Below are positions 10,934 to 19,221 of a DNA stretch of 64,000 nucleotides, piece by piece. The stretch's first letter is position 1, and every line of letters begins with the position of its first letter. Location of the stretch: the NCBI GenBank assembly GCA_965222065.1, contig OZ244933.1, positions 1,912,538 to 1,976,537 on the forward strand, read 5' to 3'. Under the pieces are notes generated by a model. That model did no database searches. It saw nothing but the letters and a program-made list of their open reading frames with translations, and was not told the DNA's origin. The position numbers and the translations under genes were made by a program. Source of the DNA: Pseudomonadales bacterium (lineage in GTDB: Bacteria; Pseudomonadota; Gammaproteobacteria; Pseudomonadales; GM7GCV1).

Positions 10934-11292
10934 TGAATTTGTTCGATTTGCTTGGTTTCTTTAACTACTGGGTGTTCGCGATTGTGCTCACAGTAGGGTT
11001 GTACACTGTGATTGCAAAAGCCAATCTGATAAAAAAGTTGATTGGATTGTCGATTTTTCAATCTGCTGTGTTTCTTATGTACATCACTATGGACAAGGTA
11101 GAAGGGGGGACCGCGCCGATCATTCAGAAAGGAGTAGAAAACCAGGTTTTTTCTAACCCACTACCTCAGGTGCTAATTCTTACTGCTATCGTAGTAGGCG
11201 TTTCCACGCTCGCTCTGGGGTTGGCAATAGTCGTTCGCATTTACGAAACTTACGGCACCATCGAAGACGACGAAATACTGGGCTTGGACTGA
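10933..11292 (+). CDS. mrpC: Mrp antiporter subunit C (NuoK-like)
   Basis: 119 aa, three TM helices. 'LIKKLIGLSIFQSAVFLMYI' and 'LPQVLILTAIVVGVSTLALGLAIV' are typical of MnhC/NuoK. Confidence 0.8.
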   Translation: MNLFDLLGFFNYWVFAIVLTVGLYTVIAKANLIKKLIGLSIFQSAVFLMYITMDKVEGGTAPIIQKGVENQVFSNPLPQVLILTAIVVGVSTLALGLAIVVRIYETYGTIEDDEILGLD

Positions 11293-11296
11293 TTGC

Positions 11297-12784
11297 ATGG
11301 ATTTGACTTCCCATTTGCCTGCACTTCAGGTCATAGTGCCGATGCTATGTTCTCCGTTAATTCTGCTGCTGAAACCGCGGGGCCTGGCTTGGGCTGGAGC
11401 TACTTTGGTAGCTCTTTGCAGCTTTGCTATTGCAGTAAATATGGCCTTTGCTGTTGTTGGCGGAAAGGAATTCAGCTACGACATGGGCGGTTGGGAAGCG
11501 CCCTACGGTATCGCCCTGTCGGTAGATGCATTTAGTGCACTGGTGCTACTGATAGTTAACGGTGCTGCAACTATGGCATTGCTTGCAGCCCGGCCTAGTA
11601 TTGATCAGCAGATTGAACAGGAACGCCAGCCACTATTTTATTCTGCGTTTTTACTGGCCCTTGCCGGTCTTACCGGTATTGTGGTTTCTGCAGATGCCTT
11701 CAATATTTTTGTCTTCATGGAGATATCCTCGCTGGCCAGCTATGTTCTAGTAGCTGGAGGCCCTGACCGACGCGCTTTATCTGCGGTGTTTAAATATCTG
11801 ATCATGGGAACGATTGGTGCCACCTTCTACCTGATTGGGGTGGGCATGATCTATATGATGACCGGCACGCTCAATCTGGCAGATATGGAAGCGCGAATTG
11901 GCGGAGTTACTGATATCAACCCGATCCTGGCAGCGGCGGGCTTTATCACCGTTGGCCTGGCTCTCAAGGCCGCCGTGTTTCCGTTACACGTTTGGTTACC
12001 CAATGCCTATTCCCAAGCACCGCACATCGTCACTGTATTCCTTGCCTCCTGTGCGACCAAGGTGGCGATTTATGTGCTTATACGTTTTGATTTCTTTGTG
12101 TTTCAGGCCAATCTCGATGCGCACGACCTGCAATTTTCAACCTTCTTGATGCCCCTGGCTATAGTCGGCATTCTTGTGCCCTCTGCCGTGGCGATTTTTG
12201 AAGGGCACATTAAGCGGCTGCTGGCCATGTCTTCTGTGGCTCAGATTGGCTACATTATTCTGGGGGCCAGTTTTGTTACGACAGTGGGACTGACCGCTTC
12301 GGCAACTCACATGTTTAACCATGCTCTCGCGAAGGGAGGGTTGTTTTTGGCTATTGCCGGGCTGGCTTGCCATTATCGCGACCTGCGTCTGGATCAGCTC
12401 GCCGGTGCTGCCCGCACAATGCCCTGGACGGCAGCGGCCGTAGTAATTTGCGGTCTTAGCCTGGTGGGTGTTCCGGGTACGGCCGGCTTTATCAGTAAGT
12501 GGCTGCTTATTGATGCAGCCGTGGAAAAGGGAGGCTTCTCCTGGTTACTGGTTGTCATTATCCTCGTTAGCTCGCTGATGGCACTGGCTTATGTTAGCCG
12601 CATCATCGGGACTTTATACTTCAAACCGGCGGTAGTTTCCCAAGCCCCCCGCGAAGCACCTATACAACTGCTTCTTGTCACTGGACTGGTGGCGCTGGCC
12701 AATATTGTCTTTGGGCTTTTCCCCTCATTTCCGCTGGCTTTGTCAAGTAATGCGGCTGAATTACTGTTGGGACACATTCTGTGA
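11297..12784 (+). CDS. mrpD: Mrp antiporter subunit D (NuoM/N-like proton-conducting subunit), copy 1
   Basis: 495-aa polytopic protein. 'FMEISSLASYVLV', 'HVWLPNAYSQAPHIVTVFLA' and 'KRLLAMSSVAQIGYI' are motifs of the Proton_antipo_M family. Confidence 0.85.
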   Translation: MDLTSHLPALQVIVPMLCSPLILLLKPRGLAWAGATLVALCSFAIAVNMAFAVVGGKEFSYDMGGWEAPYGIALSVDAFSALVLLIVNGAATMALLAARPSIDQQIEQERQPLFYSAFLLALAGLTGIVVSADAFNIFVFMEISSLASYVLVAGGPDRRALSAVFKYLIMGTIGATFYLIGVGMIYMMTGTLNLADMEARIGGVTDINPILAAAGFITVGLALKAAVFPLHVWLPNAYSQAPHIVTVFLASCATKVAIYVLIRFDFFVFQANLDAHDLQFSTFLMPLAIVGILVPSAVAIFEGHIKRLLAMSSVAQIGYIILGASFVTTVGLTASATHMFNHALAKGGLFLAIAGLACHYRDLRLDQLAGAARTMPWTAAAVVICGLSLVGVPGTAGFISKWLLIDAAVEKGGFSWLLVVIILVSSLMALAYVSRIIGTLYFKPAVVSQAPREAPIQLLLVTGLVALANIVFGLFPSFPLALSSNAAELLLGHIL

Positions 12785-14250
12785 ACGCTGATAACACCAT
12801 CATCCTGGCCATCCTGGTGCCACTGATTACAGCAGCGGGTATTCAACTGGCAGGTCGTGTGTCGGATAACTTGCGAGAAAGTGTGACACTGCTCGGTGCT
12901 GCCGCGCTGGCATGGGTTGTTTGGGGCATGCTGCCAGAGATATTCAGCGGCGAACAACCGGGCTGGACAGCCGGTGACTTGCTGCCGGGAATAGCACTGG
13001 CATTTAAAGTGGAACCACTTGGCATGTTGTTCGCTGCCCTGGCTTCTGGACTTTGGATCATCAATTCAATTTACAGTATTGGTTACATGCGCGGCAATAA
13101 TGAAAAAAATCAGACGCGCTTTTATACCTGTTTTGCACTGTCGCTTGCGGCGACCATGGGCATTGCTTTTGCCGGTAATCTGCTCACCTTGTTCCTGTTT
13201 TATGAAATGTTGACGCTTTCGACGTTCCCATTGGTATCTCACAAAGGGGATGAATCCACCGTTCGTTCAGCGCGGGTATATCTGGGAATTTTGCTCTTTA
13301 CGTCAATCGGGCTTTTACTTCCCGCCATTATCTGGACCTATCACATTGCCGGCACAGGTGATTTCACGACCGGAGGAATACTTGAGGGCAAGGCTTCCGG
13401 GCCTGTTATCGGCTTACTATTGGCACTGTATTTGTTTGGTGTTGGTAAAGCGGCGGTGATGCCGGTTCACCGCTGGCTGCCTGCGGCGATGGTAGCACCT
13501 ACCCCGGTAAGTGCATTGTTGCACGCGGTCGCGGTCGTTAAAGCTGGTGTGTTTGCCGTGACCAAAATAATTGTCTATATCTTTGGCGTCGATTTCCTGT
13601 TTAGCTCTGGCAGCGCAGGATGGTTGGTCTACGTCGCGGCATTTACGATTATTGCTGCCAGTGTGGTGGCAATGTACCAGACTAACTTAAAGCGACTGCT
13701 AGCCTATTCGACGGTTGCGCAGTTGTCTTATGTGGTGATGGCCGCTGCCGTGCTGAAACCGCTTGCGGAGATCGGTGCAGCAATTCACATGGTGGCGCAT
13801 GCCTTTGGTAAAATTACCTTGTTCTTTGCTGCTGGTGCAATTTATACCGCCTCCAAAAAAACTGAATTGTATCAGTTGCGGGGTATCGGTCGACGCATGC
13901 CCTGGACAATGGCTGCTTTCACAATTGGCGCGCTCAGCATGATTGGTGTGCCGCCCACGGGCGGGTTTGTGTCCAAGTGGTACATTCTGGCTGGCTCTTT
14001 TCAGGCAGACAACTTCCTGGCAATTTTTACCATCATCGCCAGTACGGTGCTAAACGCAGCATACTTTCTACCAATTATTTTTATGGCCTGGCTTGTCGAT
14101 GAACCTTCCGGGGGAAAGGAGCACGGTGAGGCGCCGCCGCTGGTCGTACTTGCGCTTTGCCTTACGGCCTTAATGACCCTGGGATTCTTTTTCTTCAACG
14201 GACCAGTGATCGAACTGGAACAACAGCTGGTTAAGGGGATGCTGCCATGA
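12781..14250 (+). CDS. Mrp antiporter subunit D-like (NuoM/N-like), copy 2
   Basis: 489 aa. 'FYEMLTLSTFPLV', 'HRWLPAAMVAPTPVSALLHAVAVVKAG' and 'KRLLAYSTVAQLSYV'. Overlaps the preceding gene by 4 nt. Confidence 0.85.
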   Translation: MNADNTIILAILVPLITAAGIQLAGRVSDNLRESVTLLGAAALAWVVWGMLPEIFSGEQPGWTAGDLLPGIALAFKVEPLGMLFAALASGLWIINSIYSIGYMRGNNEKNQTRFYTCFALSLAATMGIAFAGNLLTLFLFYEMLTLSTFPLVSHKGDESTVRSARVYLGILLFTSIGLLLPAIIWTYHIAGTGDFTTGGILEGKASGPVIGLLLALYLFGVGKAAVMPVHRWLPAAMVAPTPVSALLHAVAVVKAGVFAVTKIIVYIFGVDFLFSSGSAGWLVYVAAFTIIAASVVAMYQTNLKRLLAYSTVAQLSYVVMAAAVLKPLAEIGAAIHMVAHAFGKITLFFAAGAIYTASKKTELYQLRGIGRRMPWTMAAFTIGALSMIGVPPTGGFVSKWYILAGSFQADNFLAIFTIIASTVLNAAYFLPIIFMAWLVDEPSGGKEHGEAPPLVVLALCLTALMTLGFFFFNGPVIELEQQLVKGMLP

Positions 14251-14516
14251 AGGAGCATGAAAAGAAGCATTGGTTGTACCAGGCTGCGACAGTGAGAAAA
14301 CTTTGGTGGGTGTTTTCTACTGTATTGGCACTAACGGTTTTTGTGCAATTAGTGGTGCACATAAAAGGTTACTTCACGGTTGATGGTTGGTTTGGATTTG
14401 GTGCTGTGTACGGTTTTCTTAGCTGCTTGCTAATGGTGTTATTCGCTAAGGTGCTGGGTGTATTTCTGAAGCGCCCTAACAACTATTATTCTGCGGAGCG
14501 AGACGACGATGATTAA
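14247..14516 (+). CDS. Small two-TM membrane protein embedded in the mrp cluster
   Basis: 89 aa with two hydrophobic helices and an acidic tail 'ERDDDD'. Start overlaps the upstream stop (ATGA). Its end overlaps the next start by 8 nt, which implies co-translation with the cluster. Confidence 0.55.
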   Translation: MKEHEKKHWLYQAATVRKLWWVFSTVLALTVFVQLVVHIKGYFTVDGWFGFGAVYGFLSCLLMVLFAKVLGVFLKRPNNYYSAERDDDD

Positions 14517-16215
14517 TCTCATCTCACCCGCTCTGATTATGGTGGTGGCGGCCCTGGCCATTGGTTTGGCTCGGGGGCACTTGCGTACAGCCATTGTGCT
14601 GTTGGCCCCTGTGCTGACATTGTGGGCTGTTTGGCAAGTGCCTGATGGTGTGCAGGACACAGTGCGTTTTCTGTCCTACCAGATCGAACCTGTGGAGGGC
14701 AGTCCCCTAAGGCGTTTGTTTGCGACAATTTTTGTGCTGATGGCGTTTGTTGGGGGGCTTTTTGCATTCCGCCTGGCGAAATGGTACGAGTTAGCCGCTG
14801 CCTTTTTTTATGCCGCTGGTGCCATCGGAGTGAGCTTTGCTGGCGACCTGATTTCGTTGTTTGTTTATTGGGAACTGATGGCGTTATTTTCCACAGTAGT
14901 AGTTTGGTGTGGCGGTACGGCTGCTTCTCGTGCGGCTGGCATCCGTTACGCTATTCTGCATTTGCTAGGCGGTGTGGTGCTTAAGGTCGGTATCGAAGGT
15001 GTCGTGGTCAGTACCGGTTCCATACAAATCACCCCCATGCTGGCGGAAGATTTTAATAGTTGGATGATACTTTGCGGCATCCTTATCAACGCTGCGGCTC
15101 CCCCCCTGTCTGCCTGGCTGGCGGATGCTTATCCTGAATCGAGCCCGACCGGTTCGGTATTTCTTTCCGCTTTTACCACCAAGACTGCGGTATTGGCTTT
15201 GATTCTGCTGTTCCCGGGAGAGAAGGTATTGATTGGTATTGGGCTGTTTATGGTGATGTACGGAATTATCTATGCGCTCTTGGAAAACGATATTCGCCGT
15301 ATTCTGGCCTATTCGGTGGTCAATCAGGTTGGCTTTATGGTCTGCGCAGTCGGTATTGGTACGCAGCTGGCGATAAATGGTGCCACAGCCCACGCCTTTG
15401 CTCATATTGTTTACAAGGCGCTGCTGTTCATGAGCGCTGGTGTAGTGATTTACCGTACCGGTAAAAACCGCTGTACTGAGCTAGGTGGTCTGTTTCAATC
15501 CATGCCAATAACGACTATCTGCTGCATTATTGGCGCACTGTCCATTTCCAGCTTCCCCCTTACATCGGGTTTTACAACCAAGAGCCTAATTTCCCAAGCG
15601 GCAGCGAACAATGGACTTATGTGGGTATATATGCTCCTCACAGCAGCGTCCGCAGGTGTTTTCTTGCATGCGGGAATTAAATTTCCCTGGTTTGTATTTT
15701 TTCAGAAAGACTCAGGCCTGCGTCCGAAAGATGCACCCTGGAATATGGCGCTTGCCATGATTATCTTCTCAGTAATTTGTTTGCTGTTGGGTATGTTCCC
15801 TGAATGGCTTTACCGTTTCTTGCCCTATGAGATGGACTATCAGGCATACACCGCCGGCAAGGTTGTGTTCTATTTGCAGTTATTGCTTTTCTCCGGGCTA
15901 GCCTTTTTCTTGTTCTTGCCGTTAATGAAGCGCACTGAAACAATTAGTCTGGATGTTGATTGGTTATGGCGTGTAGCTGCGCCCGCGTTAGTACGACATT
16001 TGGCTAGGGCAATAGCACCTCTGAAAAAACTTGGATTGAGGCTGGATTCAGTTAGTCGAAATTTGCTAAACCACCTGACATCCCGTTATTTTGGACAGCC
16101 TCAAATCATGGACCGAAAGGAGCGTGCTCTATTTGCGCGTTCCTGGCCAATCGGCACCACCGCGCTCTGGATAGCTATCCTGCTATCGGTATACGTTTTG
16201 CTTTACTATATCTGA
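14509..16215 (+). CDS. mrpA: NuoL/MrpA-N-terminal-like antiporter subunit with C-terminal lateral-helix-plus-anchor extension
   Basis: 568 aa. 'YWELMALFS', 'LADAYPESSPTGSVFLSAFTTK' and 'RRILAYSVVNQVGFM'. The last ~95 aa are a long amphipathic stretch ('WLWRVAAPALVRHLARAIAPLKKLGLRLDSV...') ending in one TM helix ('TTALWIAILLSVYVLLYYI'), as in NuoL/MrpA. Confidence 0.75.
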   Translation: MINLISPALIMVVAALAIGLARGHLRTAIVLLAPVLTLWAVWQVPDGVQDTVRFLSYQIEPVEGSPLRRLFATIFVLMAFVGGLFAFRLAKWYELAAAFFYAAGAIGVSFAGDLISLFVYWELMALFSTVVVWCGGTAASRAAGIRYAILHLLGGVVLKVGIEGVVVSTGSIQITPMLAEDFNSWMILCGILINAAAPPLSAWLADAYPESSPTGSVFLSAFTTKTAVLALILLFPGEKVLIGIGLFMVMYGIIYALLENDIRRILAYSVVNQVGFMVCAVGIGTQLAINGATAHAFAHIVYKALLFMSAGVVIYRTGKNRCTELGGLFQSMPITTICCIIGALSISSFPLTSGFTTKSLISQAAANNGLMWVYMLLTAASAGVFLHAGIKFPWFVFFQKDSGLRPKDAPWNMALAMIIFSVICLLLGMFPEWLYRFLPYEMDYQAYTAGKVVFYLQLLLFSGLAFFLFLPLMKRTETISLDVDWLWRVAAPALVRHLARAIAPLKKLGLRLDSVSRNLLNHLTSRYFGQPQIMDRKERALFARSWPIGTTALWIAILLSVYVLLYYI

Positions 16216-16262
16216 TGCTCTTGATAGAACAGGTTTAGGTAACAAATTGAACTTGTGAAATT

Positions 16263-16281
16263 TGGTGCCCAGGAGAGGACT
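16263..16281. repeat. Distal att repeat (copy of the tRNA-Leu 3' end)
   Basis: 19/19 identity with 27159-27177. Sequences diverge immediately on both sides. Confidence 0.85.
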
Positions 16282-16413
16282 GGGCAAATGGCAACCCTTA
16301 AAAATGATTTTTCTAAGCACCTAAGGTGTTGATTCTAAATGAAATGGTAGCATTGGGCGGATGTGCTACCAATTCAATAAAACAAAGGCTTTCCGAAGCA
16401 TCTAGATACTAAA

Positions 16414-16433
16414 TAGTAGCAGTTTTAGTAGCA
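16414..16433 (+). repeat. Two TAGTAGCA repeats 12 bp apart (putative integrase arm-type sites, distal end)
   Basis: TAGTAGCA at 16414-16421 and 16426-16433. The same octamer recurs with the same 12-bp phasing at 27054-27061 and 27066-27073, plus TGTAGCA at 27043-27049, at the integrase end. Confidence 0.5.
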
Positions 16434-16583
16434 GAACTGTTGGCGGGTAGTTTTGCATCAAAGATTAAGTCAATAGATTAGATAAGAAATTATTTTAGAG
16501 AAAGAACAAATCAGCCGAAGAGTATTTATTAATTATTTAAGAAAGCATAAAAAATACTTTTCTATTTTGAATTTCAAAACGAA

Positions 16584-16596
16584 TTGCAAATTGCAA
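16584..16596 (+). promoter_or_regulatory. LuxO-type enhancer-binding-protein box TTGCA-AAT-TGCAA
   Basis: TTGCAAATTGCAA is a perfect match to the TTGCA-W3-TGCAA palindrome reported for Vibrio LuxO at qrr promoters. It lies ~63 bp upstream of a sigma-54-like element and ~116 bp upstream of the first island ORF. A LuxO-like activator is encoded in the same operon. Confidence 0.5.
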
Positions 16597-16658
16597 ATTT
16601 ATAGATTCTCCAGCCCACAAAAATTTATAACCCATTGAAATTTATGTGTTTTTCGTTT

Positions 16659-16674
16659 TGGCATGCTATTTGTA
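16659..16674 (+). promoter_or_regulatory. Candidate sigma-54 (-24/-12) promoter TGGCAT-N5-TTGTA
   Basis: TGGCATGCTATTTGTA compared with consensus TGGCAC-N5-TTGCW. The GG is correctly placed. The -12 element reads TTGT rather than TTGC. It lies 38 nt upstream of the ATG at 16712, with a GAGGG RBS in between. Confidence 0.4.
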
Positions 16675-16711
16675 TAAGTGACGTGCAAATTAGCCAATTG
16701 AGGGAAATACA

Positions 16712-17089
16712 ATGAATCTTTCTTTGCACCAAATTGAAAACACTTTTGATAAAAGGCTGCCGTCGGAAAATAACCCAAACAGCTTGTTGCTTGTAAATTT
16801 GTCAAAAATTAACAGAGGCGTTTCAAGTTCCTTTTGTAACTTGGTGGTTATTGATGCCAGTGAGCCGGATGCCGCCTCCCGCGCGCTTTCGGTAATCCTG
16901 CCAATCTATAAAATCGCTGGGCAAAAAAAGTTTTTGCTAGTGATCAATGGGGTTCGCAATACTCTTCAGGGCCCTTCAATTTTCAAGCAAATATTAGAGC
17001 TTGTATCTTACTTGCCGGATATATCTCTTAACTATCTAGGCGATACACCTTCCAGAAAATATCTTTCTGAATTACTTATAGAAAATTAA
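16712..17089 (+). CDS. Hypothetical protein, first gene of the island operon
   Basis: 125 aa with a good RBS (GAGGG 8 nt upstream). 'VVIDASEPD...LLVINGVRN...LNYLGDTP' faintly recalls the C-terminal half of MinD/ParA ATPases, but there is no Walker A motif. Confidence 0.5.
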   Translation: MNLSLHQIENTFDKRLPSENNPNSLLLVNLSKINRGVSSSFCNLVVIDASEPDAASRALSVILPIYKIAGQKKFLLVINGVRNTLQGPSIFKQILELVSYLPDISLNYLGDTPSRKYLSELLIEN

Positions 17090-17129
17090 AACGGCTTCTG
17101 GTTTTCATAAAAATAGGGCGAAAAAGAAG

Positions 17130-17813
17130 ATGAAAAATATCATTTTCTTGATGGGCTTGGCACTTTCATCTGGATGTTCCTACTATCCTTCCACCCTCGG
17201 GCCAGTTCATCCCACTCCCGCGGGGGAATTCATCAAGTGTATAAGCGAAGAGACGCATCACTTGCCAACCTGTTATTGCAATGAATACGCAGTTAAAGCT
17301 AACCCCGAAAGAGAAAAAGTTTGTTTTGCTGCAGAGCGGTCAGATTTAAAAATTCTGGCTAGTGAAACTATTTCAAAAGAAGACTGGTTATTTGATTTCC
17401 GCGTAGAAACCGCCAAGCTAGAAAAATACGAGCCTGATGTAAATGAGTTCTGGTCCAATAATACCTTGGATTATTTGCAAGGTAACGAATTCACCGATGA
17501 TTGTGATGGGCTTGACAGCATACTGGATGTCCTTTTCTTGTTAGGTGAGTTTAGGCTGGAACAGTTGGCGAAAATACTTATGCAAGTTACAGATAATAAT
17601 CCAGAAACACCTAGATATCATTATGTCGCAGCTGTGTGGGTTGCCGGTGATTGGCTAATTTTGGATCAATCCTCTGCGGCACCATTATATCTGTCTAAGA
17701 TCACTGCCTATGGCTCAGCCCCACTCACTGTTTTAGCGCACCGTCGTCTTAATGACAGGAAATGGCGAGAGGGCTTGCCGCCTAATGTGCGTACGTTAGC
17801 TGGATACTGGTAA
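17130..17813 (+). CDS. Lipoprotein, putative transglutaminase-like cysteine peptidase (BTLCP/LapG-like)
   Basis: 227 aa with lipobox 'LALSSGC'. 'DDCDGLDSILDVLFLLG' followed by 'HYVAAVWVAGDWLILDQ' fits the BTLCP Cys...His-x15-Asp arrangement (family pattern GDCEDYA ... HaVL...lvLDN). Confidence 0.45.
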   Translation: MKNIIFLMGLALSSGCSYYPSTLGPVHPTPAGEFIKCISEETHHLPTCYCNEYAVKANPEREKVCFAAERSDLKILASETISKEDWLFDFRVETAKLEKYEPDVNEFWSNNTLDYLQGNEFTDDCDGLDSILDVLFLLGEFRLEQLAKILMQVTDNNPETPRYHYVAAVWVAGDWLILDQSSAAPLYLSKITAYGSAPLTVLAHRRLNDRKWREGLPPNVRTLAGYW

Positions 17814-17820
17814 AGCTGCT

Positions 17821-19221
17821 ATGCAAAAGGCCATTAAAGATTATGTCCCATCAGTCTTGGTTGTCGAAGATAGTATTTCGGCGGCTCGGCTTTATGAAAT
17901 TCATCTTCAGGCGATGGGCCTGGAAGTAGAAGTGGCCAATACTTCAAGAGAGGCAATTTTTCTTTGCCAGACAAAGAGCTTTGACTTGGTCTTTTTAGAC
18001 GTTGAGTTACCGGATGGCTCGGGCCTTGATATTGCAGATCAGCTTAGTGGGATAAATACCAGAGTAATTGTTATTACTGCGCTTGATACCGCGCAAATAG
18101 CGATTGAGGCTATGAAAAAAGGTGTTTTTGAGTTTTTGGTTAAACCGGTTGATGAGACTCGAATCAAGGCAGTTGTTAAACAAGCGTTGGGTGATATCAA
18201 AACAACTGCCAGCGTTAAGAGTCAAAAAGTAATAGGTGCGTCTGACGCTATTCAGGTCGTGTATCGAATGATTGATGCGGCTGCGAAAAGTGATGTATCG
18301 ATATTTATTACAGGAGAAAGTGGAACTGGAAAAGAGCTGGCAGCCATCGCAATACACGAACAAAGCGCAAAAGCAAATGAAACGTTCCATGCAATAAATT
18401 GCGCGGCAATTCCTGATGAATTAATGGAAAGTGAAATTTTTGGCCATAAAAAGGGAGCTTTTTCAGGTGCACATTTCGATAGAAACGGCGCGGCAAGTAT
18501 AGCGGATAAAGGCACGCTCTTTCTTGATGAAATTTGTGAGATGAGTCTTGATGTTCAGAAAAAGATGCTGCGCTTTCTGCAAACTGGCGAATATCAAAAA
18601 GTAGGGAGCGATTCCAAAGAACAAGCAGATGTGCGAATAATCTGCGCTACAAATAAAAATCCATTGGATGAGGTTCAGGCCGGAAGGTTTCGGCTGGATC
18701 TCTACTACCGGCTTCATGTCATTCCAATTCACTTACCTCCTTTGAGGGAGCGTAAAGGTGATATCAAATTAATCGCGGATTATTTCTTATACAAATATTC
18801 AAGGCAGGAAAATAAAAATTTCAAAGCTTTTTCGGAGGAAGCCTATGAGCAGTTATTTACATACTCCTGGCCTGGAAATATTCGTGAGTTACAGAATGTC
18901 ATACAGAACATTGTTGTTTTAAATAATGGAACAGAGGTGCAGGCAAATATGCTTCCTGTTTTATTCAAGGATGTCGGCGCAATCGGTTCAGGACAATCCC
19001 CAGTCGATACCGCAGTAACAAGGTCAGAGATAAATTTGGCCAACTTGGAACCCAATAGTGAAATGTTTGGGGATGGAAAAATTTTGCCCTTACGTGCTGC
19101 TGAAAAAATTCTTATTAATCAGGCAGTAGATTTATGTGAAGGGAATATTCCCTTGGCTGCTGCCAAACTCGGGCTTGCCCCGTCGACCTTGTACAGAAAG
19201 CTAGCATCAGAGAAACAATAA
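17821..19221 (+). CDS. Sigma-54-dependent response regulator (receiver + AAA+ + Fis-type HTH), LuxO/NtrC-like
   Basis: 466 aa. Receiver 'VLVVEDS...DLVFLDVELPDGSG'. Walker A 'GESGTGKE'. Sigma-54 contact loop 'GAFSGA'. 'RIICATN', 'FRLDLYYRL' and 'WPGNIRELQN'. C-terminal HTH 'AAAKLGLAPSTLYRKL'. Confidence 0.92.
   Translation: MQKAIKDYVPSVLVVEDSISAARLYEIHLQAMGLEVEVANTSREAIFLCQTKSFDLVFLDVELPDGSGLDIADQLSGINTRVIVITALDTAQIAIEAMKKGVFEFLVKPVDETRIKAVVKQALGDIKTTASVKSQKVIGASDAIQVVYRMIDAAAKSDVSIFITGESGTGKELAAIAIHEQSAKANETFHAINCAAIPDELMESEIFGHKKGAFSGAHFDRNGAASIADKGTLFLDEICEMSLDVQKKMLRFLQTGEYQKVGSDSKEQADVRIICATNKNPLDEVQAGRFRLDLYYRLHVIPIHLPPLRERKGDIKLIADYFLYKYSRQENKNFKAFSEEAYEQLFTYSWPGNIRELQNVIQNIVVLNNGTEVQANMLPVLFKDVGAIGSGQSPVDTAVTRSEINLANLEPNSEMFGDGKILPLRAAEKILINQAVDLCEGNIPLAAAKLGLAPSTLYRKLASEKQ

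Noticed and set aside
16441-16457. Second sigma-54-like motif TGGCGGGTAGTTTTGCA inside the island's left end
   Set aside because: The GG-to-GC spacing is 11 nt rather than the required 10. It also lies upstream of, not downstream from, the LuxO-type box.
16688-16701. Resemblance of 'AATTAGCCAATTGA' to the conserved 'CTAGCCAACTGA' core of Vibrio Qrr sRNAs, just downstream of the candidate sigma-54 promoter
   Set aside because: The match is short. It is immediately followed by a good RBS and a 125-aa ORF. No Qrr-like stem-loops or rho-independent terminator follow. Most simply explained as a 5' UTR, not an sRNA gene.
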